Of a stretch of 55,518 nucleotides of DNA, positions 54,716 through 55,518 are shown piece by piece; positions within the stretch are counted from its first letter, which is position 1, and each line of letters starts with the position of its first letter. Under the pieces are notes generated by a model. The model was not told the DNA's origin. It did not search any database and saw only the letters and a program-made list of their open reading frames with translations. The stretch is from an uncultured Patescibacteria group bacterium. GTDB taxonomy: Bacteria; Patescibacteriota; Minisyncoccia; Phycocordibacterales; UBA12088. Made by a program: the position numbers and the translations under genes. The DNA lies in the NCBI GenBank assembly GCA_947259245.1, contig CAMYLP010000007.1:1-55518 (forward strand), in the 5' to 3' direction.

Positions 54716-55105
54716 ATGGATATGAGCGAAGTGCTGAAAATGGATATATTTTTCGTCGTGACCACAATTGTGGTTGTAATGGCGGGGCTGCTTGCGATAC
54801 TCATCTTCTACTACCTCGTGAGAATACTGAGGGACATTCGTGACATTACACACTTAGTGAAAAATGAGGCGGAGGAGTTTGCGCACGATTTCAAGGTAGT
54901 ACGTACCGACATAAAAGAAGGGGTACATGAAGTACGCGAGAACGTTGGAAAAGGCGTAAAGTCAGCACAGACTGCCGGAAAGGCGGTTGCGGGTGCGGGC
55001 ATCGTAAAAGCATTGTCCGGACTACTCGATGCATTTGGTGAAGAGAAAGCCGAGAGCAAAAAGCGCCGCAGTACTCGAAAACGTAAAAAAGTTACGAAAA
55101 AATAA
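54716..55105 (+). CDS. Membrane-anchored helical protein, DUF948/YtxG-like (tentative)
   Basis: I chose the ATG at 54716, which is preceded by TTGCAG-17-TATACT-N6. The TM segment is IFFVVTTIVVVMAGLLAILIFYYL. A charged helical region and a K/R tail follow. Confidence 0.65.
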   Translation: MDMSEVLKMDIFFVVTTIVVVMAGLLAILIFYYLVRILRDIRDITHLVKNEAEEFAHDFKVVRTDIKEGVHEVRENVGKGVKSAQTAGKAVAGAGIVKALSGLLDAFGEEKAESKKRRSTRKRKKVTKK

Positions 55106-55121
55106 AGGTACACGCAGTGTT

Positions 55122-55478
55122 ATGGCAAAAAAAAGTACACGTAAAAAGAAAGGTACACTCGGACTCAAAGCGACACTCATAGGTGCCGCTGCTGCAGGAT
55201 ACTACCTGTATGGACCAAAGGGTGCGGCAAATCGAAAAAAGGTTAAGGCATGGACACTCAAGGCCAAAGGAGAAGTGTTAGAGCGCTTCGAAAAGGTTAA
55301 GGAAGTGAGCGACGACTCGTACGCTGAAACCGTCGACAAGGTAACAACGAAGTACGGAAAGATGAAGTCAGTCGGCGAGGTTGAAGCAGCAAAGTTGAAT
55401 CGTGAATTGAAGCGCCACTGGAAGGCCATCAAGAAGGCAGCGGAAGAGAAACCTACATCGCGTAAGAAACGAAAGTAA
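55122..55478 (+). CDS. YtxH-like protein (tentative)
   Basis: The ATG at 55122 lies 16 nt after the upstream stop. LIGAAAAGYYLYGPKGAANRKK is followed by a K/E-rich helical region. Confidence 0.6.
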   Translation: MAKKSTRKKKGTLGLKATLIGAAAAGYYLYGPKGAANRKKVKAWTLKAKGEVLERFEKVKEVSDDSYAETVDKVTTKYGKMKSVGEVEAAKLNRELKRHWKAIKKAAEEKPTSRKKRK

Positions 55479-55518
55479 CACAGTACAAAGCTGCACTCTG
55501 CATGCTACATACCCTGTG

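Noticed and set aside
1-55518. CRISPR arrays, tRNA/rRNA genes, IS elements, integrases, prophage genes, diversity-generating retroelements and alternative genetic code.
   Set aside because: No short direct repeats with regular spacers were seen. I found no GTTCGAATC-type T-arm or cloverleaf candidates in intergenic regions, and no transposase, integrase or reverse-transcriptase motifs. The repeated modules of the giant gene are far too diverged to be a template/variable repeat pair. All housekeeping genes read through under code 11 without in-frame TGA. The visual scan could miss a degenerate element.

Overview
The window is 55.5 kb, densely coding on both strands, with about 42 protein genes. 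By eye I found no rRNA, tRNA, CRISPR array, transposase or integrase. All long ORFs read through under the standard bacterial code.

The gene content points to a small-genome Patescibacteria/CPR (Parcubacteria-like) organism; this is an inference, not a database result. The supporting genes are a giant DUF2341/LamG surface protein, cohesin- and dockerin-like proteins, Fn3-repeat proteins, a MacB-type ABC pair, class II RNR, PEP synthase, MOFRL glycerate kinase and a short SMC.

Nt 3-31350 form a cell-surface island:
- A giant repeat protein of at least 3,533 aa, cut by the left window edge.
- An 849-aa surface protein translationally coupled to an orphan histidine kinase.
- An Fn3 protein followed by an ABC ATPase and an FtsX-type permease.
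- A 624-aa secreted protein that shares its C-terminal module with the giant protein.
- A compact cluster of three cohesin-like and two dockerin-like modules with no glycoside hydrolase attached.
- A VIT1-type transporter and a thioredoxin/DsbD-like fusion.

Nt 31462-55478 are mostly housekeeping genes: pseudouridine synthase, VOC protein, SET-domain protein, glycerate kinase, ppsA, eno, nrdJ, a short smc, cyclophilin, rnr, peroxiredoxin, pcm, a CAP-domain protein and a ytxG/ytxH-like pair. Small orphan ORFs and a hyper-acidic repeat protein are interspersed.

The observations I rate highest:
1. The non-cellulosomal cohesin-dockerin surface assembly cluster at 22940-29470.
2. The modular giant protein and the paralogous C-terminal module it shares with the 624-aa protein.
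3. A -10 box (consensus TATACT) located 6-7 nt upstream of the ATG of 12 genes. This implies widespread leaderless transcription and resolves many start codons.
4. A MacB-type ATPase with a duplicated C-terminal extension of unknown function.

All coordinates were derived by hand from the printed sequence. Family assignments rest on recognised motifs, not on searches.
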